Positions 31,827 to 40,290 of a DNA stretch of 44,996 bases are shown piece by piece. Source of the stretch: an uncultured bacterium (GTDB lineage: Bacteria; T1Sed10-126; CAZEBV01); NCBI GenBank assembly GCA_964510695.1, contig CAZEBV010000001.1:1-44996 (forward strand), in the 5' to 3' direction. The position numbers and the translations under genes were made by a program. The notes under the pieces were generated by a model that did no database searches, was not told where the DNA came from, and worked only from the letters and a program-made list of their open reading frames with translations. How positions within the stretch are numbered: position 1 is the first letter of the stretch; each line of letters begins with the position of its first letter.

Positions 31827-31862
31827 CCTACTCCCCAAGCAGCAGGTTCCTACTTCCCCAAG
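31827..31862 (-). repeat. Tandem pair of the recurrent leader motif CTTGGGG(A)AGTAGG
   Basis: + strand CCTACTCCCCAAG (31827..31839) and CCTACTTCCCCAAG (31849..31862). Related copies at 7957..7970, 10739..10751, 18455..18469, 20037..20053 and 27103..27116. Confidence 0.6.
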
Positions 31863-31874
31863 CCGGCGGGTGCC

Positions 31875-32303
31875 TCACGCCCCATCTAACAAAACCGCCG
31901 TGTCGCTGTCGATCCTAACGCGCCCCTCCGCCTCGAGCTCCCAGAGAGACTGGCGGACGGCCGCCTCGTGGGCCCCGGTGCGCTCGACGAGCTCCTCGAC
32001 GTCGATGGCGCCCTCCCCGTCCCGGGTGGCCGCCGTGACGATCCCCCAGATGCGCCGCGTGAACCAGTCGGCGTCCAGGTCCTGCCCGATCTGCTGGGCG
32101 ATCTGTTGGACCTCGTCCGGCAGGGTCTCTTTGTGCCCGTTCTCGTGGAACTCCCCCAGGCCGGCCGCCTCGATCACCGTGCCCATGATGGTCCGAACGA
32201 ACACCGAGCGCTGCAGGCCGCACTCGTCGGCAGCACGGTCCATCGCGTTGCGCTCATACTCGTAGCAGGCGACCGAGAGCACCTTGTCCCGGGTCGAGGA
32301 CAC
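31875..32303 (-). CDS. Putative DNA-binding protein (RHH-like N-terminus plus winged-helix C-terminus)
   Basis: KVLSVACYEYERNAMDRAADECGLQRSVFVRTI looks RHH-like. IDVEELVERTGAHEAAVRQSLWELEAEGRV looks wHTH-like. Start inferred at GTG 32303. Confidence 0.45.
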   Translation of the reverse strand: MSSTRDKVLSVACYEYERNAMDRAADECGLQRSVFVRTIMGTVIEAAGLGEFHENGHKETLPDEVQQIAQQIGQDLDADWFTRRIWGIVTAATRDGEGAIDVEELVERTGAHEAAVRQSLWELEAEGRVRIDSDTAVLLDGA

Positions 32304-32305
32304 GG

Positions 32306-32740
32306 TCAGGTGATCCCCCCGATGAACTCCATGAAGGCCCGCACGGACTCCATGTCGACCGGCGCCAGCCAGACCAGCAGGTAGATCACGCCCGCGGCCG
32401 CCATCAGGGCGGTCAGCCGCTTCATCCACTTCAGCACGTCGGCGACCCACCCCCGGAAGTGCCGCGGGACCGTCTCGAAGACGAGCTCATGGAAGTCGCT
32501 GGCCATCTCGTAGGTGCGGTAAATGGGCTGCAGGTCCACGTACTCCTCGCCGCCGTCGGCGGTCTCCACGACCAGCACCCCCCGGTGACGGTCGACCTTC
32601 CGTTCGATGCGCGTGGCCCATCGGCACAACCGGACGATGGCGCTGTACATGTGCATCTGAAGCTCGCCTTGCTCGCACTCCTCCGGGTCGACGTCCTCGA
32701 TCTTCGGCTCGTCGTGGGTGGCGGCCTGACCGTTGCCCAT
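32306..32740 (-). CDS. C-terminally membrane-anchored protein, function unknown
   Basis: 144 aa with TM LTALMAAAGVIYLLVWLAPV. GAGGTG SD. Confidence 0.55.
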   Translation of the reverse strand: MGNGQAATHDEPKIEDVDPEECEQGELQMHMYSAIVRLCRWATRIERKVDRHRGVLVVETADGGEEYVDLQPIYRTYEMASDFHELVFETVPRHFRGWVADVLKWMKRLTALMAAAGVIYLLVWLAPVDMESVRAFMEFIGGIT

Positions 32741-32817
32741 CAGCCGGTCACCTCATACAGGCGAAGCTCTCCTGAAAGCTCGGTGTTTCCAATCGTGCCG
32801 ACCTCGACGCCGCCCAA

Positions 32818-34059
32818 TCAGACCACCTCGTAGAGTCGAACGAGACCGGTGAACCCCGCGCCGCCCCCATCGAAGCTGAACCGGAACCCGTCAGCAGCAA
32901 CCAGCTGGTCCAGAATTCCGATGCCGCGGTAATGCATGCTAAACTTCGGGAGGTTTTCGTTAATCGAGAGGAAATGCCCCATGTCCGACCGGAGCCGCGG
33001 GCGGTGGGTGGCATCGTGAAACTTGACCAAGTAAAACCCGAACTCGAAAGGGACATTTCCAGAGACGTCGATGTCTGTGATGTCAATCCGGGAGGCCGTC
33101 CCCCCGTTGACCTCCTCGTTGGTGGCGCCGTTCAGGACGTCCCGTTCCATCTCGTAGGCGTAGTCCGCGGTAATGTACGAGGCCCCCCCGTCGCTGCTGA
33201 ACTGGATGTAGGGGTCGGCATCCCCCGCGAATTGCTCACCGTCGATCCGGAGGTAATAGAGCCGCGCCCCGGTCAGGGCGATCCCACTGGCGCTGTTGGC
33301 CCCGAACTCGACCGCGGAAACCCCGCTCACGTCCCGTTCCCCCACCTTCGTGAGCCCCGCGCCGGTCTGCCCGATCGTCGCCACGTCGCCGGCCTGTGTC
33401 CCGTCGGCCACGTTTGAGATCCGCCCGTCCTGCCGGATGAGGATGGGCGAGGCGAAGTCGGGGTGGTCGACCTCAAGCTCGCCGGTGCCGGGGTCCTCGC
33501 GCATCGTCCACTGGCTGCCGTCGCCGCTTCGGTCCTCGAACTGGAGGAGGTGGACGGCCTGGGACGTGAAAAGCCCGACCTCCGATCCGGCCAGCTGCCA
33601 CGTGATGACCCCCGACGCGATCGAGGCGGCCTCGAGCTTCAGGTACTGGGTCTCATGCTCGAGGTCCGACGCGGACAGACCCGTGATGCCCGACAGCGAG
33701 GGGTTGCGGACGATGAGGGAAGGGGTCGCGGCATTCGAGTCGATCTCGAGCCACTCGTCGTTCGCCGCGTCGAACTCTGCGTTGTAGGCGATGGCGAAGT
33801 CCCCGACGCCGGACTCGCGGTAGACCCGGCTGAGGCCGCCCGTGGCGATCTCGACGGGGTTTTTCAGGCGGCCCGTATCAGCCCCCGAGTCTACGAAGAT
33901 GGCGTTGATGAGGTCACCGAGGTCCAGTACGACCGACTCGAAGAACCAGTTGAACCAGCTGGCGGGGGGTTTTTGGTCGACGTCCCAGTCCTTGTCGGCA
34001 TCGGCCGGCTCGTTGACGTTGTCAGGCTGCCAGTCCGATCGCTGGTTTCCGGTGGGCAT
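32818..34059 (-). CDS. Tail fibre protein
   Basis: 413 aa, Gly/Ser/Thr/Asp-rich beta-type sequence. Last gene of the baseplate operon, after the gpI-like gene. Confidence 0.6.
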   Translation of the reverse strand: MPTGNQRSDWQPDNVNEPADADKDWDVDQKPPASWFNWFFESVVLDLGDLINAIFVDSGADTGRLKNPVEIATGGLSRVYRESGVGDFAIAYNAEFDAANDEWLEIDSNAATPSLIVRNPSLSGITGLSASDLEHETQYLKLEAASIASGVITWQLAGSEVGLFTSQAVHLLQFEDRSGDGSQWTMREDPGTGELEVDHPDFASPILIRQDGRISNVADGTQAGDVATIGQTGAGLTKVGERDVSGVSAVEFGANSASGIALTGARLYYLRIDGEQFAGDADPYIQFSSDGGASYITADYAYEMERDVLNGATNEEVNGGTASRIDITDIDVSGNVPFEFGFYLVKFHDATHRPRLRSDMGHFLSINENLPKFSMHYRGIGILDQLVAADGFRFSFDGGGAGFTGLVRLYEVV

Positions 34060-34062
34060 CAG

Positions 34063-34668
34063 TTAGAAGGTGCCTCCTCCGACGAACCCGCTAAACCGGC
34101 CGTCGTTGAAACCCTTGATGGTGGGGTCCGACGTCTCCCCATTAACATCGGCAAAGCCGAACTCGCCCTCCGACACAAGCTCCGTGGAGACCCCGACCGG
34201 GCGGATTCGAGAGATAAGATCCTTGATTTCGGCAATACTTAGTACGTTTCCGATGAAATACGTGTCCACTCGAAGCAAGAAGTGCGCAAAAAGTCCGATA
34301 TTGTGTTTCTCCACGACCTCGGTTTTTTGCCCGTCCCAGTCCGGGCTCGAGGCGGGGTAGTGCTTCGGAAGGAAGGCCCGCTGGACGTCGTCGATGGTGT
34401 CCTCCGAGCTCAAAATCAGGATCTCTAGGATGATTCGCTGGCGAAGCGAGCTGTCGGCCTCCCCGCTCTCCCGGGCGATGTTGACGTTGCCGGCGTGGCG
34501 GTCCAGGGCGTCCCGGGCGGCGTTGTCGATGTGCCGGGCGTTCTCGAGCTCGTCCATGACGTCCTCGAGGCGGTCGACCTCGTTCTCGAAGACCGTGGAC
34601 AGATTTCGGATAAAATCCGACTGGCGCACGAAGCCGATGAGCTCGTCGAACCAGCTTGGGAAGGCCAT
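34063..34668 (-). CDS. Baseplate/tail protein, gpI / XkdU-like (DUF2313)
   Basis: N-terminal PSWFDE...NLSTVFENEVDRLEDVMDELENARHIDNA pattern. Follows baseplate J. Confidence 0.65.
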   Translation of the reverse strand: MAFPSWFDELIGFVRQSDFIRNLSTVFENEVDRLEDVMDELENARHIDNAARDALDRHAGNVNIARESGEADSSLRQRIILEILILSSEDTIDDVQRAFLPKHYPASSPDWDGQKTEVVEKHNIGLFAHFLLRVDTYFIGNVLSIAEIKDLISRIRPVGVSTELVSEGEFGFADVNGETSDPTIKGFNDGRFSGFVGGGTF

Positions 34669-36336
34669 TTAGGACACCGTCACGGAGATCCGGCCCGGGG
34701 ACGTCCGGGCGACCTCGTCCGAGGCGATCGTGATGTCCTGCTCGGATTTCGAGTTCCCTTCCTTCGCCACCGTGACGGCGGCGTCGACCACCCCGGGCGG
34801 CGCCACGGCGGCCCCCACGAGCCGGGACAGCCAGACGTCGTCCCCGATCGAGAGCCCGGGCTGTTCGTCCCCGTCGACGTCCGTGCCCCCGACGTACTCG
34901 ATGAGGTTGTTTTTCACCTGGGTTTGCCCGTCCCCCGGAAACAGCCGGTCGGTGGTGAGGGTGACGTCGATCTCGATAAAGACTTTCGTGGGCCGTTCCC
35001 AGTGGCCGATCCGGGCGTTGTCGTTTTCGTCCAGCACCTGCTCGGTGGTGGTCCCGACGTCCTCGATGCCGGCGGGCTTGGTGTTCACGATGGCCTGGGC
35101 GACCTCGACGTCGGCGCCGCCCAGCACGGTGGCCTCGAAGCTCTTGGGGGGGAGACCGTTCACGGTCGAATCCGAGGTGTTCTCCCGCAGAAGCACCGTC
35201 CGCACGCCGTCCACGTCCAACAGCGCCGACTCGATCGCCGGGAGGGTGCCGGCGCCGGACGTCGCCAGCGCATCGAAGTAGCGGCGGCGAAGCTGAGCGT
35301 CCGTCTCCCGGTCCCGCCCGTCCCGGGTGTCGCCGAGGGTCTCGTTTCGGATGTCCAGCACGAGGTCCTCGCCGGTCTGCTCGGTGCCCCCCTCGTGCCA
35401 GGCCCCGTTCGCGTAATTGTCGGTGGTGTCGACCACGAACTCGAGGGCTCCGTCCGAGTCGGCCTCCAGGAAGAACTCCACGCGGACGGTGGTCACGTCG
35501 TGGACGTCGGCCTCGAAGTTCCCGAAAGTCAAATCGTGCGTCCCGGCCGCGATCGTGTAGGAGCGGTTCCCGAGGTTCTGGATGACCTCGCCGGTGTCGT
35601 CATCGAGCAGGCGGACCCGGATGCGGTAGGACTGCTCGCCCCCGGAGGGGTTGTTCACCAGGAAGACCAGCTGGTTCAGCAGGATCTCATGCTCCAGGTC
35701 CGCCACCGAGACCGTCTGGTACGCCCCCGACTCCCCCACGGCGATCGACTTGTTCGAGGTCGTGTTCGCATCGTCCCCGATCGTGAGGGTCTGGGTGCGC
35801 TTCGTGTTGTCCGCCGAGTCCACACCGGAGACGGTGGTGAGCAGGTCGGTGATCGCCCCGGCGCCGACGTTCCCCTGGGCGCCGGCCTCGAGGGCGTCCA
35901 CGAAGACGTCCACGAAGCCCGACGACTTGATGGTGCGCTCGCGGCGGGTCTCGAAGATGGGGAAGTCCGGGTCGTCGGCCTGGCCCACCCGCTCCCCGGC
36001 CGGGATCGTGGTGCCGGCCGTCCCGTGGATGGTCACGATCCCCTCGGCCCGGGCGGCGTCGAATCGGTCGATGCCCGCGTAGTCGGTCGCAAGGTCCAGC
36101 GCGGCGCCGCCCGCCAGCCGGATGTACGCGGACTGGTAGACGTCGGCCATCCGGTCCCAGACCCGGGAGAACACGAAGGCCCCCGCCCGGATGAACATGC
36201 CCACGACCGACCGCTCGGTGAGGTTCCAGTCGGAGCCAAAGATCGAGCGGGCGTCCTCGAGCATGCGGTCCCGGATCTGGTTGTAGCGTTTGCGCACGAA
36301 GCCCTCGTCGGTCACCCCCACGTCCTCGTCGGCCAT
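34669..36336 (-). CDS. Baseplate J-like wedge protein
   Basis: N-terminal FVRKRYNQIRDRMLEDARSIFG...GAALDLATDYAGIDRFDAARAEGIVTI is typical of the Baseplate_J family. Confidence 0.8.
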   Translation of the reverse strand: MADEDVGVTDEGFVRKRYNQIRDRMLEDARSIFGSDWNLTERSVVGMFIRAGAFVFSRVWDRMADVYQSAYIRLAGGAALDLATDYAGIDRFDAARAEGIVTIHGTAGTTIPAGERVGQADDPDFPIFETRRERTIKSSGFVDVFVDALEAGAQGNVGAGAITDLLTTVSGVDSADNTKRTQTLTIGDDANTTSNKSIAVGESGAYQTVSVADLEHEILLNQLVFLVNNPSGGEQSYRIRVRLLDDDTGEVIQNLGNRSYTIAAGTHDLTFGNFEADVHDVTTVRVEFFLEADSDGALEFVVDTTDNYANGAWHEGGTEQTGEDLVLDIRNETLGDTRDGRDRETDAQLRRRYFDALATSGAGTLPAIESALLDVDGVRTVLLRENTSDSTVNGLPPKSFEATVLGGADVEVAQAIVNTKPAGIEDVGTTTEQVLDENDNARIGHWERPTKVFIEIDVTLTTDRLFPGDGQTQVKNNLIEYVGGTDVDGDEQPGLSIGDDVWLSRLVGAAVAPPGVVDAAVTVAKEGNSKSEQDITIASDEVARTSPGRISVTVS

Positions 36337-36701
36337 CAGAGGGTCACCTCCTGGGCGAGCACGACTTCCTCATCGTCCACCGTCAGGGCCGAGCCCTCGA
36401 TCGAGACGGCCCGGTTCTCCCGGTCAAACGCCAGGTCGAACTCACCGGTCCGGATCACGGCCGGGTCCGCCTCGACGTTGCGCACGACCTCCGATCGAAG
36501 CAGGTCCAGGTCGGGCGGCTTGACCCCCAGGACCTCCCGGTAGGGGATCCCGATGGACGGGTTGCCCCGCCACTCCTCGAGATGCCACATCAGCACCAGC
36601 CGAAGCCGATGGCGGGTGGCCTCCCGACCGGTGGCTACGTGGGCGTCCTGGTCCTCGTGGACGATGTGTCCGTTTGGATCCAGGAAGATGTCGTGGGCCA
36701 T
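36336..36701 (-). CDS. Baseplate wedge protein, gpW/gp25-like
   Basis: 121 aa directly upstream of baseplate J. GIPYREVLG...LLRSEVVRNVEADPAV pattern. Confidence 0.55.
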   Translation of the reverse strand: MAHDIFLDPNGHIVHEDQDAHVATGREATRHRLRLVLMWHLEEWRGNPSIGIPYREVLGVKPPDLDLLRSEVVRNVEADPAVIRTGEFDLAFDRENRAVSIEGSALTVDDEEVVLAQEVTL

Positions 36702-37843
36702 CAGGATCCCACCCGTGAGACGAGCGTATCGACCAGGTCCTCGCGGGACGTGGCCCGGACCGCGTCCAGGAGGCGCTGGCGTTGGAACTCGTGGCCGGCC
36801 TCCCGGTTCAGATACCGGTCGATCCAGGCGTATCGGGCGTCAAAGACGGCCTCGGTGTCCGAATCGTCGTTAAAATCATTCACAATCTGGTCAATCTCGT
36901 CGATCCTACCCTGCACCTCGGCGTCGGTGGTGTAGGTGACGTCAGTTTCAGCCGTCTCGTCGTAGACGGTCATGGTTTCGTTCGCGGGGTCGGTGAAGTC
37001 CGTGGTCGACCGTTTGTTCTGAAGCTCCTGCTTTTCGGACGTGTCCCCGGGGCCTCGGCTACCGCCCGGGGAATTGAAAAAAAGCACGGTCCCCGAGGAC
37101 GTCGACCAGGTCCCGAACGGGTCGACCCATTGGTCCGTGATCGGGGAGTCCCCGGCATGCGAGCTCGGGTACAGAGCCGTGTCCCCGTCGTCCACCGCCG
37201 CCGTGACGTCCCCGTCCTTCAGCGGGTCCCGGCCGTACGCCAGCCCCACGATCAGGTCGATGTGACGCTCGATGTTCCGGCAGACGGACTCCCCCTCCGA
37301 CCCCGCGTGATGGCCCCGGTACAGGTCCCACACGATGCCGGCCAGCTGATCCAGGCGGGCGGTTCGCTCGTCGAAGCGTTCGTCCTCAATGAGGGCCCGG
37401 TCCAGGTCGGAGCGGGGTTCGCCATACGACGGGAGGCTGGGGTGCGGCTCGAGGTCGCCCACCGTGAGCGGCCGCTCAGCCCGTTCAGAGACCCGATTGT
37501 TCGACCCGTTCTCCACCCAGGCCCGAACGAAGGCGGCCGTCGTGTCGACGTTCGTAAACGTGAGGGTTGCGTCGGTTGACTGGGTGGTCTGCTGATGCAG
37601 CTGGGCGAGGGTCGAGTCCACGATCTCGACGACGACCGTGGTGCCAAAATCCAGGCCGGCCGTGACGGTGACGTCCAGGTCCGCGCCCGACGCGATGGTG
37701 GGGGAGTGGTCGATGTCGACCCGATCGGCCGGCGGGTTCTCGTAAAGGATCCGCATGGCGGCCCGTTCGACCTCGAGGCGATCGGAGCCGACGATCGAGG
37801 CCCCCGACTTCGGGGACACATCGGCCGGCATCAGCAGGGTCAC
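36701..37843 (-). CDS. Baseplate-associated protein of unknown family
   Basis: 380 aa, inserted between the spike and wedge genes with coupled overlaps. Confidence 0.55.
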   Translation of the reverse strand: MTLLMPADVSPKSGASIVGSDRLEVERAAMRILYENPPADRVDIDHSPTIASGADLDVTVTAGLDFGTTVVVEIVDSTLAQLHQQTTQSTDATLTFTNVDTTAAFVRAWVENGSNNRVSERAERPLTVGDLEPHPSLPSYGEPRSDLDRALIEDERFDERTARLDQLAGIVWDLYRGHHAGSEGESVCRNIERHIDLIVGLAYGRDPLKDGDVTAAVDDGDTALYPSSHAGDSPITDQWVDPFGTWSTSSGTVLFFNSPGGSRGPGDTSEKQELQNKRSTTDFTDPANETMTVYDETAETDVTYTTDAEVQGRIDEIDQIVNDFNDDSDTEAVFDARYAWIDRYLNREAGHEFQRQRLLDAVRATSREDLVDTLVSRVGS

Positions 37844-38493
37844 GAGGCTTCCGTCTCCGTGGTGACGTCGGATCCGGTGATGATCTGCTGGTTGGGCGGG
37901 CCGGTCGTCCCGCCCGAATCGCCCGGGTGGGTGTGGCTGTTCAGCGCGTCCTTCACGGATTCCTGCACGAGCGCCTCGAGGGACCCGGAGCCAAGCTCCA
38001 CCCGGTCGGCGTCGATAATGGCGGTGTCGACGTTGACTTCAGCCTCTCCGGAGGGGGCCAGCTGGACGTACTGGTCTGTGCCTTCGATCGCCAGGCAGGC
38101 CGCGGCCGCGCTGCCCCCGACGGACAGGGTCGTGGAGTGATCCACCAGCCCGTGGATGACCACGGCGTCGTCCAGGGCGTGCCGGCGGTTGATTTCGACG
38201 TCCCGGGGCGTCCCGTCGTGCAGCTGAGACTCGAGGGATTCGTCGGAGAACACCAGCAGGACCTCGTCGCCCGTCTGGTAGGGCGGCGTCAGGACGATTC
38301 CGCCGGCCCGGAACGTGGCCACCGGGCAGTCCACGATGATCGGGGCCCGATCGGTCTCATCCCGGGCCAGAAGCTCGACATCCGCCCGCTGGTTGTCCCG
38401 GTCGTAGGCATCAATGCGGGCTGGGCGGACCACGTGCGTCTCCGAGAGCATCGCATGGACGACCTCCCGCACGTCCACGCCGGGCCCGCCCAT
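37840..38493 (-). CDS. Baseplate central spike (gpV / Mu gp45-like)
   Basis: OB-fold-like N-terminus (ARIDAYD...VDCPVATFRAGGIVLTPPYQTGDEVLLVF) and a C-terminal NSHTHPGDSGGTTGPP tip motif. Confidence 0.65.
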   Translation of the reverse strand: MGGPGVDVREVVHAMLSETHVVRPARIDAYDRDNQRADVELLARDETDRAPIIVDCPVATFRAGGIVLTPPYQTGDEVLLVFSDESLESQLHDGTPRDVEINRRHALDDAVVIHGLVDHSTTLSVGGSAAAACLAIEGTDQYVQLAPSGEAEVNVDTAIIDADRVELGSGSLEALVQESVKDALNSHTHPGDSGGTTGPPNQQIITGSDVTTETEAS

Positions 38494-39288
38494 TCAGGCT
38501 ACCTCCCGCAGCTTCGCGGTCGTCTGGAACTCGTCGAGGTCGTGCTTGCCCATAACGGCCCGGAAGGTGCCCTCGACGGAGGGATGGTTCAGCTCGACCC
38601 GGGCGCCGGTCCGGATGGGGTGGGTCAGCACGGAGCGGGCGGTGTAGCCGTCGATCTGGAAGCGCGGGTCGATGCGCTTGGGCACCCCGACCAGCCCGGA
38701 GCCGGGGTTCAGGTAGACCAGCCGGTCGGACGGGGCGTGCTCCTCGTCCTCCACGTGCAGCGTCAGGTTGTCCAGGTAGACCGTGCGGTCCCAGTCCCGG
38801 CCGACCTGCAGAAGCGCCCGAAAGACGGTGGTCGAAAGCGCCAGAGAGGGGTAGTCGGCCTCCCGGGGGAAGCGGATCGTGCCCCCCTCCACGGCCGGCA
38901 CACGATCCAGCAGGTCCTCGACCACCTGGCGGGGGCGCACCTGGCCGCGGTAGGTGCGGGAGACCCGGGTGTCCTGAAGGTCCCGGATCCCCGTGCCGGC
39001 GAGGATGCTGACCGTCCGATCACCTTGGGTCTCGGTGGTCCGGATGGTGCGGATCACGCCCTGGTGGACCACCCCGATGTCGTCCCGGTAGCCGGCCTCG
39101 ACCGTGACGGTGCCCGCCTCGGCCAGCTGGGAGATCACCGAGTCCTTTAGGTTCTGGAGGGTGATGATCGTCAAATCATCGTCCCAGCTTTCGCTGAAGC
39201 GCACGACCCCTCCCATCGTGATCTCGGGGTGGGTCAACTCGACGTCTCCGGCCGACAGACGGATCCTGTGCTGCCACTTCTGGCTCAT
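38494..39288 (-). CDS. Baseplate hub protein (gpD / XkdQ-like)
   Basis: 264 aa, placed between the tape-measure-distal genes and the spike. Confidence 0.55.
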   Translation of the reverse strand: MSQKWQHRIRLSAGDVELTHPEITMGGVVRFSESWDDDLTIITLQNLKDSVISQLAEAGTVTVEAGYRDDIGVVHQGVIRTIRTTETQGDRTVSILAGTGIRDLQDTRVSRTYRGQVRPRQVVEDLLDRVPAVEGGTIRFPREADYPSLALSTTVFRALLQVGRDWDRTVYLDNLTLHVEDEEHAPSDRLVYLNPGSGLVGVPKRIDPRFQIDGYTARSVLTHPIRTGARVELNHPSVEGTFRAVMGKHDLDEFQTTAKLREVA

Positions 39289-39623
39289 TTGGGAAGCACC
39301 TTGACCCGTACGATGCCGTCCCGAAGGTTCGCCTCATTCACGGGCCGGGGTTCGCCGTCCTTCGTGTCCGCCCAGTAGAGGTAGTCGCTCTCGGTGAAGG
39401 AAGCCCCGATCGCCGACCGGTGGCGAAGCGGCAGCCCCCGGAAGACCGGGATGGGCCCCTCCTCGTCGCGGGACCCGGGCCGGAAGACCGACAGCTCGGC
39501 GGTGTCCGAGTGTTTGTTCTCGGAGAGCTCGAAAATTCGGGTCGTCTCCCCGAACAGCCGCTGGCGAAAGCGCACGGGAAACGCGATCCGGGGCGGAAGG
39601 TTCAGCACCGAAACCGTGGCCAT
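39285..39623 (-). CDS. Hypothetical tail/baseplate protein
   Basis: 112 aa with coupled overlaps at both ends. Confidence 0.5.
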   Translation of the reverse strand: MATVSVLNLPPRIAFPVRFRQRLFGETTRIFELSENKHSDTAELSVFRPGSRDEEGPIPVFRGLPLRHRSAIGASFTESDYLYWADTKDGEPRPVNEANLRDGIVRVKVLPK

Positions 39624-39772
39624 CAGTTCATCACCGGCCGGAAGGTCGTGTGGGGAACGTCATCCCAGGGGGCGTCGAGTTTACGCACGTAAACCGTGCG
39701 GGGCGTGTTGCGAAACTCCATAAAGCCATGCCCCTCCCCGCACTGGGCCCGGGCGATGGGAAGGTCCTGCAT
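39623..39772 (-). CDS. Hypothetical 49-aa protein (below the ORF-track cut-off)
   Basis: ATG 39772 and TGA 39623 both form 1-nt TGATG overlaps with their neighbours. GC-rich third codon positions. Confidence 0.5.
   Translation of the reverse strand: MQDLPIARAQCGEGHGFMEFRNTPRTVYVRKLDAPWDDVPHTTFRPVMN
39680..39693. repeat. Palindrome-like copy 5, TTTACGCACGTAAA (one mismatch, inside a small ORF)
   Basis: Lies inside the 49-aa ORF 39623..39772. Confidence 0.4.
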
Positions 39773-40290
39773 CAGAGGCCGCCCCCCGAGATCGTGCCCT
39801 CTGAGAAGATGTTGGATCCGAGGATTTCGAGGAGGTTCTGATCGTCCTCCTCCTCGGACTGGTCCGGGCGCTGCCCGCCGTCCTTCGTGGCCTCCTCGAC
39901 GCCCTCGGCGCCGTTGCGCGACTCCTCGGAATTGCCCGCGTCGGTGCGGATGATCTCCTGGATCTTCAGCCGGACGTCGTACTTCCGCTTCCGGCCCCGG
40001 GTGTCCTGCATCGAGAGGACCACGGCCTCGGGCACCACGTCCTCCGGGGACGTAAAGCGCACGGGCTCTTTCGACTGGCGAAGCTGCTTGAGGCGAGCCA
40101 GCTTGGCCCGAGTCTGTTCCTCGGTGTCCTCGGCGAACACGACACGAAGGTCAAAGATTCGGGGCTTGGTGTTGACGTCGTCAGAGAGGTCCTTGCCTTC
40201 CTGAACCGGCTGGTCGGGGATCTCGTTGTCCCGCTGGACCACCTTTTCGATCGTGTGGAGGCGCATGTCCCCCAGGCGAACTTCGGGCAT
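39772..40290 (-). CDS. Tail protein downstream of the tape measure (Mu gpN / XkdP position)
   Basis: 172 aa immediately after the tape-measure stop. Acidic C-terminus. Confidence 0.5.
   Translation of the reverse strand: MPEVRLGDMRLHTIEKVVQRDNEIPDQPVQEGKDLSDDVNTKPRIFDLRVVFAEDTEEQTRAKLARLKQLRQSKEPVRFTSPEDVVPEAVVLSMQDTRGRKRKYDVRLKIQEIIRTDAGNSEESRNGAEGVEEATKDGGQRPDQSEEEDDQNLLEILGSNIFSEGTISGGGL

Noticed and set aside
39680-39693. The fifth palindrome-like copy as a regulatory site equivalent to the others.
   Set aside because: It has one mismatch and lies inside a small ORF that is coupled at both ends. I keep it only as a weak copy.
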